In this document: positions 49,691 through 51,538 of the stretch, one piece after another | How the letters are laid out: each line of letters starts with the position of its first letter | Numbering within the stretch: the stretch's first letter is position 1 | DNA from: Chiloscyllium plagiosum | Lineage: Eukaryota | Reading direction: 5' to 3' | Length of the DNA: 51,538 nt | Assembly (NCBI RefSeq): GCF_004010195.1 | Contig: NC_057757.1 | Location: 3,008,911-3,060,448 of the forward strand | Made by a program: the position numbers and the translations under genes | The notes under the pieces: model-generated | Database searches by the model: none | The model's input: the letters and a program-made list of their open reading frames with translations, nothing else | Told to the model about the DNA's origin: nothing

Positions 49691-50521
49691 GTGATTGTTT
49701 AAACGAGGGGAGAGAAGGCTGAAGATGCTCGCTCATCGACAATATCCGAAGGTGAAATTGATCGGAAGTTTCAGGTTCTGGGGAGATCGACAGAGGAGAT
49801 GAGGCAGGAAAGAGGGAGTTGAAACTGCAGGTATCACTCAAGAGAAAGACTAAGTGGTTTTGCCAGACTCCTGTTTCTCGATGTCTGCTCCTTCAAATGT
49901 CTGGAGTCACGCCTGGTGTCTGCTGTCTTTCTGGGACTATCTCTAGCCATGCAAGCTGCCTACCCTGACACAGGCAGATCAGTCACAGCCTGGATGGAGG
50001 GGCGGGGGGGATGGATGCAGTGTCTCTGACATCAGGGTCAGCAGACCTGTTATTACAGTAATGGAAGATGTGGAAGGTGGAAGTACTAATCTGAGGCTTT
50101 TTTTAGGCACTGGGCAGAGGGAGGAGAGATTAGACCATCATCATGCAGTTTGCCCTGAATGTCATCGTGACAGTACTGTCGCTCTGAGGCTGATGCCAAT
50201 TTCAGGGGGTGTGGGGCCTTCAGTTAACCTCAGGGATCTTACTCCTCCAAAACAAGAGCAACAGGTGGTGGCTGGGACATGAGATAGAGAAAGGGGGCCT
50301 GAAATCTAACTGAAACTGACAAGTCCTCCTCCTGGGACTCTGAGGCTTCAGGTGGTGTGGAGCTGATTGCTGAACTTGCCAGAGTCTGCGTTAATGCAAA
50401 ATGCTGGCTGCAATTAATTCACAGACCTCCTGGATCCATCACTGTCCCACTGTCTGACAGCTACCGAGAACTGGAGAGGATGGAAAGCTGACGCCGATAT
50501 TTATAAATCACCCTTGTTTCT

Positions 50522-50990
50522 CAGAGAGCCATCCAGCACAGAAACAGGCCCTTCGGCCCAACGCATCCGTGCCGACCAGGTTTCCCAAACTAAACTTAGA
50601 CCCATTCACCTGCTTTTGGCCCATAGCCGTCCAACCCTTAGTTCAGAAGAAGGGTCACTGCACCCAAAATGTTAATTCTGCTTTCTCTCCACAGATGCTG
50701 CCAGACCTGCTGAGTTTTTCCAGCAACTTCTGTTTTTGTTCCCTCTCGACCCTTCCTATTCATGTACCCATCCAGATGCCTTTTAAATGCTGTAACTGTA
50801 CCAGCCTCCACCATTTCCTCTGGCAGCTCATTCCATACACGTAACACCCTCTGTGTGAAAAAACCCTCAGGTTCCTTTTAAATCTTTCCCCCTCATCATA
50901 AACCTATGCCCCTCTAGTTTTGGACTCGCTTACCCTGGGGGAAACGACTGCAGCTATTCACCTTATCGATGCCTCTCATGATTTTATCTC
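50522..50990 (-). mobile_element. CR1 3' portion with PLE-like insert at ~50638-50740
   Basis: Minus-strand RVWNELPEEMVEAGTVTAFKRHLDGYMNRKG; insert CAGAAGAAGGGTCAC...CAGATGCTGCCAGACCTGCTGAG. Confidence 0.9.
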
Positions 50991-51094
50991 AATGACTGCT
51001 TTGAGGCCATTGGCAATGAGATCCTCTCAAGCTCTGAATACACTTTCCCTTACACCTTTTCCTCCTTTAAGACACTTTGCAAAAGTGTCCCCGT

Positions 51095-51538
51095 TGCTCA
51101 GAAGGGAAGGGTGGAGAAGAGCAGAGCAATAGTTATTGAGGACTCGATAGTTCGGGGCACAGATAGGCGGTTTTGTGGAGGTGAGAGAGACTCATGTTTG
51201 GTATGTTGCCTCCCAGGTGCAAGGGTACGTGACGTCTCTGATCGTGTTTTCCAGGTCCTTAGGGGGAGGGGCAGCAGCCTGAAGTCGTGGTCCACATTGG
51301 CACCAACGACATAGGTAGGAAGAGGGCTGAGGATGTTAGGAAGGCTTTCAGGGAGCTAGGTTGGAAGCGCAGAGTTAGAACAAACAGAGTTGTTGTCTCT
51401 GGTTTGTTACCCGTGCCACATGATAGAGAGTCGAGGAATAGGGAGAGAGAACAATATCTGGATAACTGGGGTTCTTTCTGGGGAAGGTGGGACCTCTATA
51501 AACAGGATGGTCTACACCTGAACCTGAGGGGCACCAGT
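51095..51538 (+). mobile_element. CR1 ORF1 SGNH/GDSL esterase domain (frameshifted; runs off the window)
   Basis: RAIVIEDSIVRG...CCLPGARVRDV.../VVVHIGTNDIG...SGLLPVP...YKQDGLHLN: SGNH blocks typical of CR1 ORF1. Confidence 0.92.

Overview
Repeat-dominated vertebrate genomic DNA, almost certainly from a shark. This is inferred from HE1-type tRNA-derived V-SINEs with (TAATC)n tails and HER1/CR1-type LINEs. It looks intergenic or intronic, and no host protein-coding gene can be supported. Contents: many decayed CR1 LINE fragments (ORF1 SGNH esterase, APE, RT, 3' tails), L2 and Rex1/Babar-like remnants, 8 HE1-like SINEs (several nested, with target-site duplications), Deu-domain SINE remnants, and a non-autonomous Tc2/pogo-like DNA transposon. 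There are also two large minisatellite arrays (24/17-bp units, ~5.7 kb; 22-bp unit, ~6.3 kb) with higher-order structure, smaller tandem arrays, and four N-gaps. All long ORFs in the track are tandem-repeat or gap artefacts, or LINE relics. The most notable signal is a set of about 9 short Penelope-like (PLE) terminal-repeat insertions, several carrying minimal hammerhead-ribozyme cores. One core looks intact (1421-1455, minus strand). Another lies in an 84-bp-arm palindromic insertion with a 14-bp TSD (45618-45863). PLE hammerheads are a known class, so I see no well-supported wholly new system. Family assignments come from motif recognition by eye, not database searches, and most boundaries are approximate.
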